Shown piece after piece: positions 9,787 to 20,565 of a stretch of 64,000 nucleotides of DNA. Numbering within the stretch: position 1 is the stretch's first letter; the number at the start of each line of letters is the position of its first letter. Position numbers and translations under genes: made by a program. The notes beneath the pieces were generated by a model. It did not search any database, was not told where the DNA came from, and worked only from the letters and a program-made list of their open reading frames with translations. Source of the DNA: Pseudomonadota bacterium (GTDB lineage Bacteria > Pseudomonadota > Gammaproteobacteria > Burkholderiales > Methylophilaceae). The DNA lies in assembly GCA_040387035.1 (NCBI GenBank), contig JAZKEN010000032.1, positions 21 through 64,020 on the forward strand, in the 5' to 3' direction.

Positions 9787-10365
9787 TTATTGTGGCTCTT
9801 GATGATGGTGGCCTGCAAAGCGCACATTGACTGCCTGTTGCAGGCCCTCAATACTTTCAACAATCTGTGTATGCTCAAAAGCAGCCAATTTTTGCACATT
9901 CTCCAAATCGATTTTGCGTGGAAACACTTGCACAATATTATCACGCGGCGCTTCCGATTCTAAAAATGAAGCACCCGGCGCGGGCACCGTGTCGCAAGCG
10001 AAAATAACACTGGGCACGCGCGTCTTGCCCGCTTGTGCGTATAGATTAGTAATCAAGGAGTCTGAAAATCCGTAGGCCATTTTAGCAACGGTATTGGATG
10101 TTGCGGGGGCGATAACAAGCGTGTGATATTTACCTTGGTAAAACAATTCTACCGGTACGCTACTGGCCGTTTTATCCTGATAAACCTTATGGCCAGTTGC
10201 GTCTAGCTGCGCCTGAAAACCATATTGGCGGATGATTTCTGCCGCGGCTTTGCTTAAAAAAACATCAACGTTCTCAATGGTCTGCAGATAATCAAGGCAT
10301 TCGCGTAAGTAATGCCCAGAACCGGTGATTGCCCACGCTAATCGCTGTTTTTGTGGTGTTGACAT
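9787..10365 (-). CDS. dmrB: Flavoprotein dihydromethanopterin reductase (Afp/DmrB type)
   Basis: WAITGSGH, VFLSKAA, APATSNTVAKM..GFSDSL, AQAGK; first gene of the H4MPT cluster. Confidence 0.8.
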   Translation of the reverse strand: MSTPQKQRLAWAITGSGHYLRECLDYLQTIENVDVFLSKAAAEIIRQYGFQAQLDATGHKVYQDKTASSVPVELFYQGKYHTLVIAPATSNTVAKMAYGFSDSLITNLYAQAGKTRVPSVIFACDTVPAPGASFLESEAPRDNIVQVFPRKIDLENVQKLAAFEHTQIVESIEGLQQAVNVRFAGHHHQEPQ

Positions 10366-10539
10366 GTAAACCTTTACAGCACAATAAAATGCAAGATACT
10401 AGCTTAGGCCTGATTTAAAAAGGATGGGCACAAATAAAAATTTGAGCGCAGCATACAAATAGTACATTCGGTTTTAACCATATTTAGAAGCACGAATATT
10501 TTTTATGCAGCAATAAAGCATAGCGACAGAGTTTGCGTT

Positions 10540-11877
10540 TTATGCGAATGGATGCTCAATAATAATCGTCTCATCGCGCTCTGGGCCCGTAGAAACAATC
10601 GCGATCGGCACACCGCATAGCGCTTCCAGGCGTTTAAGGTAATGCTGCGCGTTTTTAGGCAAGCCATCCCATGTTTTAACGCCAAAGGTATTCCCTGTCC
10701 AACCTGCAACCGTTTCATAGATGGGTTTGCAACGCGCGACATCGTCGGCGCCCACTGGCAACATATCCACTACTTTGCCGTCCAGTTCATAGCCGGTACA
10801 GATATCCAGGCTTTCGATACCATCCAACACATCAAGCTTGGTAATGCACAAGCCTGTCAGGCCGTTAATCCTGGCCGAGCGGCGTAATGCAGCCGCATCA
10901 AACCAGCCACAACGGCGTTTGCGTTTGGTAACCGTACCAATTTCCTGGCCTTTGGTAGACATTTGATAGCCCGGGCAATTTTCTGTTTCAATATCCAACT
11001 CACTTGGGAATGGGCCGCCGCCGACTCTGGTTGTGTAAGCTTTGGTAATGCCCAATACATAGTGCAGCATATTGGCGCCTACGCCGGTGCCTGCAGAGGC
11101 CTGGCCAGCGATACAGTTGCTTGAAGTCACGTAGGGATAAGTACCATGGTCAATATCCAGCAAAGTACCCTGCGCACCCTCAAACAAAAGGTTTTCGCCT
11201 CTGGCGTTTGCCGCATACAGTTCCGCTGAAATATCCGCAATCATAGGTTTTAATGCAATCGCATGTGCCATGCTGGCATCATATTGTTGATTGAAATCAA
11301 CCGCTTTTGAGCCCAGGTAATTGGTTAACACAAAGTTGTGGTAGTCCATCACCTCTTTTAATTTTTCCGCAAAACGCTCCGGATAGAACAAGTCATAAAC
11401 TCGCAAGGCACGACGCGCGACTTTATCTTCATAAGTAGGGCCTATGCCCTTGCCGGTTGTGCCGATTTTAATGGCCCGCTTAGCTTCACGCGCGGTATCC
11501 AGCGCCACATGATGACTTAAAATCAAAGGGCAGCCTGGGCTGACTTTCAAGCGGCTTTTTACTTCCAGGCCATCTTTTTCCAGTGCCGCGATTTCGCTTA
11601 GCAAATGCCCGGCATCCAGCACAACGCCATTGCCGATATAACAATTAACGCCTGCGCGCACAATGCCTGATGGTACAAGATTCAATTTATACACGCGCTG
11701 CGCGTCACCTTGGCCAACAACTAAGGTGTGGCCTGCATTATGGCCGCCCTGAAAGCGCACAACGCCCTGCGCATGGTCGGTCAGCCAATCAACGATTTTG
11801 CCTTTGCCTTCATCGCCCCATTGCGTACCAATAACGACCACGTTTTTAGCAGAGTTTTTTACTGTATTTTGCGCCAT
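10540..11877 (-). CDS. purA: Adenylosuccinate synthetase
   Basis: [36 protein letters not shown]. Confidence 0.99.
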   Translation of the reverse strand: MAQNTVKNSAKNVVVIGTQWGDEGKGKIVDWLTDHAQGVVRFQGGHNAGHTLVVGQGDAQRVYKLNLVPSGIVRAGVNCYIGNGVVLDAGHLLSEIAALEKDGLEVKSRLKVSPGCPLILSHHVALDTAREAKRAIKIGTTGKGIGPTYEDKVARRALRVYDLFYPERFAEKLKEVMDYHNFVLTNYLGSKAVDFNQQYDASMAHAIALKPMIADISAELYAANARGENLLFEGAQGTLLDIDHGTYPYVTSSNCIAGQASAGTGVGANMLHYVLGITKAYTTRVGGGPFPSELDIETENCPGYQMSTKGQEIGTVTKRKRRCGWFDAAALRRSARINGLTGLCITKLDVLDGIESLDICTGYELDGKVVDMLPVGADDVARCKPIYETVAGWTGNTFGVKTWDGLPKNAQHYLKRLEALCGVPIAIVSTGPERDETIIIEHPFA

Positions 11878-11933
11878 AGCTTTTACTTAAGTATTTTCAA
11901 CTGAAATTATAAATAGGGATATTACAAATAGGA

Positions 11934-13088
11934 TCATAAAGACTGGATTTGCCACTGACCATCAGCATGCGTTAATTGCCTATCGCAATTGAGTTCAGCC
12001 ATATCAATGGCCGAGTTTGGCAATGCCTGTATCACGATCTGACCTTGTGCACGCAACGCTTCAATTGCATCCAGCAGGGTTTTATCACCACTTGCGGGCG
12101 CTAAAATCGCCTTTGCTACGGATGCAGGTGCCAACGCCGTCACTGCGCCGCGCAAGTCCAGGCTGAAACCTGTCGCCGGGCGGGCGCGTCCAAAAACCAG
12201 GCCTACTTCGTCATAACGTCCACCTAGTGCGATTGGGCCTGTGTAGCCTTTTGCATAAGCGGCAAACACAATGCCGCTGTGGTAGTGATAGCCGCGCAGC
12301 TCACTTAAATCAAACGAAACGTGCACGTTTAAATCGCTTAATTGCGTTGCTACACTGGACAAATCGACCAAGGCTTTAGTGATAGCAGGAATGTTGGGTA
12401 ATTGTTGCGCTGCCTGTTGCAGTACGCCCACATCACCATTTAAATCGGTTAAATCAATCAGCGCCTGTTTAATATTGGCATCTAGATTAAGTGCCAGTAA
12501 AGCTACACTAGCTTTATCTTTACTCTGCAGAGCGGTATATAAATCCTGCTCTAAATTAGCGGCAATATTCCCCGCTTTTACCAAAGCTTCAAAAATAGCA
12601 ACATGGCTAAAATCGATATGCAGCTCTTTTAAGCCTAGCGTTTGCAAAGCCTTAATCATTAAGCGATGGATTTCAATATCGCTTTCAATTCCGGCATGGC
12701 CGAATAACTCAGCACCTAATTGCAGAGGCTCGCGTGTGCGTGCCAGTCCATCTGGCTTGGTGCGCAGAACTGTCCCTGCGTAGCAGAGTCGCGACACACC
12801 CTGATGATTAAGCATATGCGCATCAATGCGAGCCGCTTGCGGCGTCATATCAGCGCGAATGCCCATCAAACGGCCTGTCAGCTGATCGACCACTTTAAAA
12901 GTCGCCAGGTCCAGGTCATGGCCAGTACCGGTAATCAATGACTCCAGGTATTCCAGGGTAGGCGGAATAACATATTGGTAGCCATGTACTTTCAACAGGT
13001 CCAGCAATTGGCGACGCAATGATTCGATGCGCGCGGCCTCAGCAGGCAACACATCTTCAATATATTCAGGAAGCAACCAATTACGCAT
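11934..13088 (-). CDS. hisZ: ATP phosphoribosyltransferase regulatory subunit
   Basis: WLLPEYIEDVLP, RADMTPQ.ARID, GGRYD; upstream of purA. Confidence 0.96.
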   Translation of the reverse strand: MRNWLLPEYIEDVLPAEAARIESLRRQLLDLLKVHGYQYVIPPTLEYLESLITGTGHDLDLATFKVVDQLTGRLMGIRADMTPQAARIDAHMLNHQGVSRLCYAGTVLRTKPDGLARTREPLQLGAELFGHAGIESDIEIHRLMIKALQTLGLKELHIDFSHVAIFEALVKAGNIAANLEQDLYTALQSKDKASVALLALNLDANIKQALIDLTDLNGDVGVLQQAAQQLPNIPAITKALVDLSSVATQLSDLNVHVSFDLSELRGYHYHSGIVFAAYAKGYTGPIALGGRYDEVGLVFGRARPATGFSLDLRGAVTALAPASVAKAILAPASGDKTLLDAIEALRAQGQIVIQALPNSAIDMAELNCDRQLTHADGQWQIQSL

Positions 13089-13270
13089 GATTAAGTTTTA
13101 ATTCGGTGTTAATGAAGCTGTTTTGAGAGCGATAAAATCGTTTATTCGACAACAATCTGAGATTTTATCGCTATTTGCAGGTTTTGTAGATATTAATTTG
13201 TTTTAATCAGTACTAATTGTGGCAAGTGAAGGTGTACTTGGCAGAACATTGCTGGCCTAGACTGACTTAT

Positions 13271-13456
13271 TTATTTGGACAGCCAAAACAACAATGCGCC
13301 GCCCGCTATGGAAAAAAGGCCTACAAAACGTAGTTGGCCATCTTTGAGCGCCACCATGCGTTTAAATGTTTCGCGCCAAGCCTGTGGCGCGATTAAAGGC
13401 AATATGCCCTCCAGTACCAACATCAAAGCGAGTGCCGTAATTAAAGTATTATTCAT
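13271..13456 (-). CDS. DUF2065 (YjeT-like) small membrane protein
   Basis: ALALMLVLEGILP..P..WR and QLRFVGL; follows hflC. Confidence 0.88.
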   Translation of the reverse strand: MNNTLITALALMLVLEGILPLIAPQAWRETFKRMVALKDGQLRFVGLFSIAGGALLFWLSK

Positions 13457-13487
13457 CTATTTAACAATAATTACCGGCTATTAGCAT

Positions 13488-14360
13488 TTACCTACCGCCA
13501 GCACTGCGCATGTATTTAAAGAAATCCGATTTTGGGTCTAGCACCATCACGTCCGATTTGCTTTTGAAGCTGTTTTTGTAGGCTTCCTGGCTGCGATAGA
13601 ACGCATAGAATTCCGGGTTTTTGCTATAAGCGCTGGAGTAGATCTCAGCCGCTTTTGCATCGCCCTCACCCTTCATTTTTTGTGCATTACCAAATGCTTC
13701 TGCAATAATCACTTCACGTTGCTTGTCTGCATCGGCACGTATTTTTTCTGACGCAGCCGCACCTTCCGAGCGCAACTGGTTAGCGATACGTCTACGCTCT
13801 GCAATCATCCTGTCGTAAACCGATTTACTGATATCTTCAGAATAATCCACACGTTTTAAACGCACATCCACCACTTGGATGCCGATTTGGCGTGCTTCTT
13901 TGTCGGCACGTGCGCGCATATTATCCATAATGGCGCGGCGCTCACCTGAAATCACATCGTGCACAGTACGTTTACCAAACTCATCACGCAAGCCGGCATT
14001 GACTACTTGAGCAAGACGATCTTCTGCCGCATTTTCGCCACCTTCTTTAACTGAAACATAGTATTTGGATGGGTCGATAATGCGCCATTTAACAAACGAA
14101 TCGACCGTCATGGTCTTGTTTTCGCTGGTAATAATTTCAGCTGGCTGCTCGTAATCCAGCGTCACAATGCGCTTATCAAAGTATTTCAAATCGTCCAGCA
14201 AAGGTACTTTGAAAAACAATCCAGGCTCTTTATGCACCGCCACGATTTCACCCAGTCTAAATACCAGTGCGTACTCACGCTGGTCAACCGTAAAGAAAGA
14301 CATGGTTAAAATCACCAGTAACACAAACAAGCCGACTAGATAACTACCTATATTTTTCAT
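13488..14360 (-). CDS. hflC: FtsH modulator HflC
   Basis: N-terminal TM helix, SPFH domain, RMIAER, PEFYAFYRS. Confidence 0.97.
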   Translation of the reverse strand: MKNIGSYLVGLFVLLVILTMSFFTVDQREYALVFRLGEIVAVHKEPGLFFKVPLLDDLKYFDKRIVTLDYEQPAEIITSENKTMTVDSFVKWRIIDPSKYYVSVKEGGENAAEDRLAQVVNAGLRDEFGKRTVHDVISGERRAIMDNMRARADKEARQIGIQVVDVRLKRVDYSEDISKSVYDRMIAERRRIANQLRSEGAAASEKIRADADKQREVIIAEAFGNAQKMKGEGDAKAAEIYSSAYSKNPEFYAFYRSQEAYKNSFKSKSDVMVLDPKSDFFKYMRSAGGR

Positions 14361-14413
14361 TTCAATTCTCTTATAAATTCTGTAAAAATAACGATATGGT
14401 GACTTGAATCAAT

Positions 14414-15577
14414 TTATCGACTATCTCTATCACGGCTACGCATCAATTCACGCGCCGTATCGGCTTCTGTATCCGATTGCTTGATGGTGGCTGGCACAGT
14501 CGCAGTTGGCGAAGCACTTGGCCCGGCCGCCCCTACCGCCATCAATTTATCCAAAGGCAAATACAGCAGGCTGTTACCACCTTGCTGGTCAACAATCACC
14601 TTGCTGGTGCTAGACATGATTTGTTCCTGCGCATCTAAATACAGGCGCTGGCGGGTGACTTCTGGTGCTTTGGTGTACTGGGCTAGAATCTGCTCAAAGC
14701 GGCTGGCATTACCTCTTGCCTCGTTTTCCACTTTAAGTTTGTACCCAGAGGCTTCTGCTGCCAGGCGCGAAGCATTGCCTCGCGCTTTAGGAATCACATC
14801 GTTTGCGTACGCTTGTCCTTCGTTGATTTGGCGCTGGTAATCCTGATTGGCACGGTTGACATCGTCAAACGCCTCTTTCACCTGCTCAGGCGCTGCGCCT
14901 TTTTGACGCGACACGCTGGTGATTAATACGCCGGTTTTGTAACTGTCCAGAATCGCCTGCATACGCTCCGAGGTATCTGGCAATCCTTTTTGCAATAAGT
15001 CGTCAAGCTTGCTTTTACCTACAATTTCCCTGATCGCGGTTTCAGCCGCAGACATCACCGATTCATCAGTGGAGCGGTTATTAAACAGATAATCTTTTGC
15101 GTTCTTGAGTTTGTATTGCACGGCCACTTGCATATCGATGATGTTTTCATCTTCGGTTAGCATCAGCGCTTCTTTGGGCTGCCTTGTTTTGCCGCCTGCA
15201 CCGTCACCACTGCTTCTGTAGCCCACTTCCAGGCGGCGCACTTGCTCCATATTCACCACTTCGGCCGATTCAATCGGGTATGGCCAATGCCATCTTGGGC
15301 CTGGCTCGGTGGTTTCAATGTATTTACCAAAACGTTGCACAACGCCCAGCGAGCCTTGATCAACGATATAGAAACCTGTTGCCAACCAGATAGCGGCAAT
15401 CACCGCTAAAATGGGCAAAACAGGCACATCAAACTCTTTATTGCCGGATGGCTGGCCGTTATTGCCACCTTTTTTACCAAAAAGGTTATTAATCTTTTGG
15501 TTTAAATCACTCAGTATCTGATCTAAATCAGGTGGACCTTCATTGTTACGTTGGCCAAAACCAGGAAACTTAATCAT
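14414..15577 (-). CDS. hflK: FtsH modulator HflK
   Basis: GPPDLD, MLTEDENI, AYANDVIPKARG, LLYLPLDKL. Confidence 0.97.
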   Translation of the reverse strand: MIKFPGFGQRNNEGPPDLDQILSDLNQKINNLFGKKGGNNGQPSGNKEFDVPVLPILAVIAAIWLATGFYIVDQGSLGVVQRFGKYIETTEPGPRWHWPYPIESAEVVNMEQVRRLEVGYRSSGDGAGGKTRQPKEALMLTEDENIIDMQVAVQYKLKNAKDYLFNNRSTDESVMSAAETAIREIVGKSKLDDLLQKGLPDTSERMQAILDSYKTGVLITSVSRQKGAAPEQVKEAFDDVNRANQDYQRQINEGQAYANDVIPKARGNASRLAAEASGYKLKVENEARGNASRFEQILAQYTKAPEVTRQRLYLDAQEQIMSSTSKVIVDQQGGNSLLYLPLDKLMAVGAAGPSASPTATVPATIKQSDTEADTARELMRSRDRDSR

Positions 15578-15648
15578 GTATTGCTCCGCACATTTTTACA
15601 AACAAAAATTACTCTTATTATTGAGGAAACCAGACCTTAACCACAGGT

Positions 15649-16839
15649 TTAAACATAAGCGCTTTCTTCAGTGCTTTGCTTTCTTAAAAGCTGTTGATGT
15701 TCCGTTAAAGCCAATTTCAGGTAGTCGATGCCAAGGCCGGTAGCCGCGGAAACACTTACTTTTGAAATGTTACCATATTCATCACGAATCAAGCCGGCTG
15801 ACATATCCAGCTTATCAATCTGGTTTAGAACCAGGATTTGCGGCACTTTGGAGGCACCGATTTCCTGTAATACCAGGTTCACCTGAGCGATCTGCGCATC
15901 ACGATTGGTGCTGGCAACATCGACCACATGCAGCAATAAATCCGCTTGCGATGCTTCTTCCAGTGTTGCGCCAAACGCTTCGATTAAAGTGGTGGGCAAA
16001 TGCTTGATAAACCCCACCGTATCTGAAACCACTACCGAGCCGCCGCCAGAGTGGTAATCTTCACCCAAATACATCTTGCGCGAGGTAGTATCCAGCGTTG
16101 CAAAAAGCTGGTCAGCCGCGTAAACACCGGATTGCGTTAAGCGGTTAAATAAAGTGGATTTGCCGGCGTTGGTGTAACCAACCAGTGACACGGTCATTTG
16201 ATTAGAACGCTTGCGCGCACGTCGTTGCATATTGCGTTGTGATTTTAATTTCTCTAACTTTTCGCGCAATTGCTTGACGCGCACACGCAGCATACGCCGG
16301 TCAAGCTCTAACTGCGTTTCGCCTGGGCCGCCACGCACCCCGATACCACCCTTTTGACGCTCCAAGTGGGTCCAGCCGCGTACTAGCCTAGTGGATAAAT
16401 GCTCTAGCTGTGCCAGTTCAACTTGTAATTTACCTTCATGGGTTTGCGCACGTTGCGCAAAGATATCCAGGATCAGGCCGGTTCTATCCAACACCTTGGC
16501 TTGCAAAAAGCGTTCTAGATTGCGTTGCTGCGATGGGCTTAAATCGTGATTAAAGGCGACCAGGTTAGTTTCGCTGGCTTCCAGCATGACTTTCAGTTCG
16601 TCGGCTTTGCCGCTACCAATAAATAATTTCGCGTCCGGCGTGCTGCGTTTGCCTTCTACGGTGCCACGCACTTGCATGCCCGCCGAAATAACCAGTTGCC
16701 GCAACTCGTTCAGGCTTTCAGAATAATCAGGCTCGCCAAAATCGACGCTCACTAACACAACCGCACCGTTTGATGAGGTTGTGAGTGTAGAAGGGTTTGC
16801 TAGGGTGTTTTCGCCGTAACCGGAGGGTCTAATGGACAA
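15649..16839 (-). CDS. hflX: Ribosome-splitting GTPase HflX
   Basis: GPGETQLELDRR, GYTNAGKS, LFATLDTT, DTVGF. Confidence 0.97.
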   Translation of the reverse strand: MSIRPSGYGENTLANPSTLTTSSNGAVVLVSVDFGEPDYSESLNELRQLVISAGMQVRGTVEGKRSTPDAKLFIGSGKADELKVMLEASETNLVAFNHDLSPSQQRNLERFLQAKVLDRTGLILDIFAQRAQTHEGKLQVELAQLEHLSTRLVRGWTHLERQKGGIGVRGGPGETQLELDRRMLRVRVKQLREKLEKLKSQRNMQRRARKRSNQMTVSLVGYTNAGKSTLFNRLTQSGVYAADQLFATLDTTSRKMYLGEDYHSGGGSVVVSDTVGFIKHLPTTLIEAFGATLEEASQADLLLHVVDVASTNRDAQIAQVNLVLQEIGASKVPQILVLNQIDKLDMSAGLIRDEYGNISKVSVSAATGLGIDYLKLALTEHQQLLRKQSTEESAYV

Positions 16840-16842
16840 GTT

Positions 16843-17082
16843 TTATTCTTCTATATGTTCTGGTAAAGTCATACTGACTGCGCGAGCCGGCACAATCGTA
16901 GAAATAGCATGCTTGTAAACCATTTGTGTGACTGTATTTTTTAGCAGGATAACGTATTGGTCAAAAGAATCGACTTGACCTTGTAATTTAATACCGTTGA
17001 CCAGGTAAATTGAAACCTGTACATGCTCTTTTCTAAGTGCATTTAAGAATGGATCCTGCAGCATTTGTCCTTTGTTATTCAT
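16843..17082 (-). CDS. hfq: RNA chaperone Hfq
   Basis: [33 protein letters not shown]. Confidence 0.99.
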   Translation of the reverse strand: MNNKGQMLQDPFLNALRKEHVQVSIYLVNGIKLQGQVDSFDQYVILLKNTVTQMVYKHAISTIVPARAVSMTLPEHIEE

Positions 17083-17266
17083 GTTTTGCTCCTTGTAGTT
17101 TTATAAAATTGGAGTAGCTTAATAAAAAAGCTATAACTGCCAGCTATATGATTATCATTGCGCCTTTTTGTTCGCATTTCAATAGCAGTTTTAGATATTT
17201 TTACGATAACGCCTTGTTATCTTCAATTAAAAATGACTTTGTAGCGATATCATCAGCTCAAATCGC

Positions 17267-18661
17267 CTATATCAAATAGTTGTGTAACCTGGCAAGGGTT
17301 TCTCTTTGCCCCAGCAAGGCCATTACCTGGTCGATACTAGGCGATTGCGCAATGCCGGTTAACATGACACGTAAAGGCATGGCCACCTTGGGAAACTTAA
17401 GCTGGTTTTCGGCCACCACTGCGTTAATCGCAGCATGAATGGCTTCTGCATTCCAATCGATTACGGCTAGCTTTTCACTCAGCGCTTTAATCACCGGCAC
17501 GATTTCTGCGGTGACATGTTTTTCAGCATCCGCTGCATTGGCTTGCGGCAGTGCATAAAAATAAGCGATTTCACCGGCCAATTGATTTAAATTATTAGCG
17601 CGCTCACGGTACAAACCCAACACCGCTTTTAGATCCGGGTTGGCGGCTACATTCACATCCAGCTTAGCCAGACGCTGCGTTATATCTTGCGCAAGCGCAT
17701 CCAGATTGGCTTCTTTAATATAGTGCGCGTTCAGCCAGTTTAGTTTTTCGGTATTAAATTGCGCAGCCGATGGCGTGATATGGTCCAAATCAAACCATTC
17801 GCAAAATTGCTGCATATTAAAGATTTCCGCATCGCCACGACTCCAGCCAAGGCGCGCCAGGTAGTTTAAAACCGCTTCTTTCAAGTAGCCATCTTGATGG
17901 TATTGCATCACACTCACAGCGCCATGGCGTTTGGATAGCTTCTGGCCATCGTCACCCAATATCATGGATAAATGTGCGTACTGTGGCAAGGTTGCGCCCA
18001 GCGCATTGAGCATATTGATTTGACGCGGTGTGTTATTGACATGGTCATCGCCGCGGATTACCTGCGTGATGCCCATCTCAAAATCATCTACCACCACGCA
18101 AAAATTATAGGTAGGCGTGCCGTCGCCGCGCGCAATAATCAAATCATCCAACTCAGCATTGGCGATTTCAATGCGGCCTTTAACCAGGTCATCCCAAGCC
18201 ACAACGCCTGTTTGCGGATTTTTAAAACGCACCACCGGTGCAATATCAGCTGGAATGGCTGGCAAAGTTTTTCCTGGTTCCGGGCGCCATTTTCCATCAT
18301 AGCGTGGCTTTAAGCCTTGCTGCATCTGGCTTTCGCGCAATATTTCCAATTCTTCTTTACTGCTGTAGCAGTAATACGCCGTGCCTTTATCCAGCATGCC
18401 TTGAAGTACTTTTTTATAGGTATCCATGCGCTGCATCTGGTAAAACGGGCCTTCGTCGTAATCCAAGCCCAACCAATGCATGCCGTCTAATATTGCCTGC
18501 ACGGCTTCTGGTGTACTGCGCTCTACGTCGGTGTCTTCAATGCGCAAGATAAATTGGCCTGCATTCTTCTTGGCATAAGCCCAAGAAAACAGCGCAGTGC
18601 GTGCGCCGCCAATATGTAAAAAACCGGTTGGGCTAGGGGCAAATCGGGTACGAACGGTCAT
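17267..18661 (-). CDS. gltX: Glutamate--tRNA ligase
   Basis: RFAPSPTGFLHIGG, LRIEDTD, KLSKR. Confidence 0.98.
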   Translation of the reverse strand: MTVRTRFAPSPTGFLHIGGARTALFSWAYAKKNAGQFILRIEDTDVERSTPEAVQAILDGMHWLGLDYDEGPFYQMQRMDTYKKVLQGMLDKGTAYYCYSSKEELEILRESQMQQGLKPRYDGKWRPEPGKTLPAIPADIAPVVRFKNPQTGVVAWDDLVKGRIEIANAELDDLIIARGDGTPTYNFCVVVDDFEMGITQVIRGDDHVNNTPRQINMLNALGATLPQYAHLSMILGDDGQKLSKRHGAVSVMQYHQDGYLKEAVLNYLARLGWSRGDAEIFNMQQFCEWFDLDHITPSAAQFNTEKLNWLNAHYIKEANLDALAQDITQRLAKLDVNVAANPDLKAVLGLYRERANNLNQLAGEIAYFYALPQANAADAEKHVTAEIVPVIKALSEKLAVIDWNAEAIHAAINAVVAENQLKFPKVAMPLRVMLTGIAQSPSIDQVMALLGQRETLARLHNYLI

Positions 18662-18839
18662 GTATAAAATGGCTTAATTTAAAAACAACATTCTACCATG
18701 TCCGGTAATTGTTGATTTTGCTAATCTTTGTGCACAAAACAATAAAATAAATCTTGATTATTCAATGATTTATTATTATATTTTAATTAAATAAATTAAA
18801 TAAATGTTGCAACCATAAAATATTATTTGCTTAAATTAG

Positions 18840-20507
18840 ATGAAAAATATTATTCAACAAATTTTCGGTAATGCCCTGGCTAAAAAATCGCACGCCCAAT
18901 TTGCCTGGGTGGACGATATCGCAGACATGGATGACTTGGTTGCCTTAAAATTTTGCCACCAGCATTTGGCCATCATCATCGCGCAGATGCAATCTGACGA
19001 AGCCTTTGATTACAAAGCAGTATTAGACCTATTAATCCAATTGGAAGACCTTAATTTTGCCCGCCTAGAAAAATTATCGTCTCAATTTGTGCATGTTGAA
19101 ACGCTTAAGCCTGAGATTGAAATCAATATCTCCGAAACGTGTTACAACTACTGCCGGCAATCGTATATTGCACACCTCAAAGTAATTGAAAAGGTCAGCA
19201 ATCCCAGCAAATTCAAACTGGAAGGCAATATGCCTATCATCATTATTGCCAGGGCCGTTTACGCGGCGGCGCATATGATGAAATGGCGCATGTATACCCA
19301 GGCAAACCCTCCTACCAAAATGTGGCTGCAGCTGTATACGCTGTACCGCATTGCCAACCAGCAAGGCTTGTTAACATTGCCAATTGAGCTGTTTGAGCTG
19401 GCACCCACCACAACCTTGTCTGCTTATTTTATCCAGATATTCATGCTGGGAAATTTAGTACAGGAAAACTTGCACAAGCAGCAAGTGGATATCGCCTATC
19501 GCGTATTAACACACTGGTTAACGCGCGCGCACATCAGCAAACATTACACGCCTGAGCAATATTTATTTTTTGTGGATCTAGAAAGAGATTCGCCGGCCAA
19601 ACGCATGCGTAATTTCGAGCCCAATGAGCAATGTCGTTATTGGGAGCTGGACGAACTGGAAAAACAATTGAAAGTCGGCATAACGGTATCGGATCGCGGC
19701 GAAATACCTGAAAGCCTGATGGGTGCCAAAATTGATAATGTGGTCAAGTTAAACGACACGCTCAATATTATGCTTTCAGAATGGACCAAAACCAATTACG
19801 TGAGGCAGCGTCGCAGAGAGCAGCGCCATGCCACCTCAAAAACGGCCAAAGTGACTGCCGGCATCAGCAATATTTGCAATCAGGTCTACCACGCCAACCA
19901 GGTCAGCAGCGGACTGCGCTTGTCCAAAGACGGTAAATCATTCGATCAGCGCATGCAAACACGCCCGGCTATCACGCAGCTGGGCAGCATATCCATCAAT
20001 AGTGCTTCATTGGATACCTGGATTATCACGGATGAAAGCCCGCATGGCCTGGGTACCAGGGTGAATAAATACGCCAATATCTTGGCCAGGCCAGATAAGT
20101 TAATCGGCTTGATGGTGGATGAAGACCCTAACCAGCTTATCATTGGCATTATTCGCGGCGTAAAACCCACAACAGGCAATCAACTGAAAGTGGGCATAGA
20201 AATCATGTCGCAACACCCTAACTGGGTACAATTACGCCAGTTAAGCAGCCAGGAAATGTTTTCAGACACGGTTTCAACCCTGACAGATAGCCCTGATGAG
20301 GTCAGGATGGACACGGGTTTGTTTGCTGGCATCTATATGCCGATCGAAGCAGGCATATCCAGTGTGTCGTCACTGCTTATACCAAAATCACACTTTCGCC
20401 CCAATACCAGCTATGCAGTCAGCATTGCAGATTCATACAAACGAGCCATGCTAGGTGAACCTATCGAATCGCGTGATGACTGGGTTAAGGTGGCGTTTCC
20501 GTTTTAA
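18840..20507 (+). CDS. Hypothetical protein, probably a FimW-like c-di-GMP receptor with C-terminal PilZ-type motifs
   Basis: Long ORF, helical N-terminus, RREQR (RxxxR) and DESPHG (DxSxxG). Confidence 0.55.
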   Translation: MKNIIQQIFGNALAKKSHAQFAWVDDIADMDDLVALKFCHQHLAIIIAQMQSDEAFDYKAVLDLLIQLEDLNFARLEKLSSQFVHVETLKPEIEINISETCYNYCRQSYIAHLKVIEKVSNPSKFKLEGNMPIIIIARAVYAAAHMMKWRMYTQANPPTKMWLQLYTLYRIANQQGLLTLPIELFELAPTTTLSAYFIQIFMLGNLVQENLHKQQVDIAYRVLTHWLTRAHISKHYTPEQYLFFVDLERDSPAKRMRNFEPNEQCRYWELDELEKQLKVGITVSDRGEIPESLMGAKIDNVVKLNDTLNIMLSEWTKTNYVRQRRREQRHATSKTAKVTAGISNICNQVYHANQVSSGLRLSKDGKSFDQRMQTRPAITQLGSISINSASLDTWIITDESPHGLGTRVNKYANILARPDKLIGLMVDEDPNQLIIGIIRGVKPTTGNQLKVGIEIMSQHPNWVQLRQLSSQEMFSDTVSTLTDSPDEVRMDTGLFAGIYMPIEAGISSVSSLLIPKSHFRPNTSYAVSIADSYKRAMLGEPIESRDDWVKVAFPF

Positions 20508-20565
20508 AGTTTTGCCTGCAAAAGCCAGGCGCGAGTAAAGTACAAGTGCCTGGCTATTTTTACCA

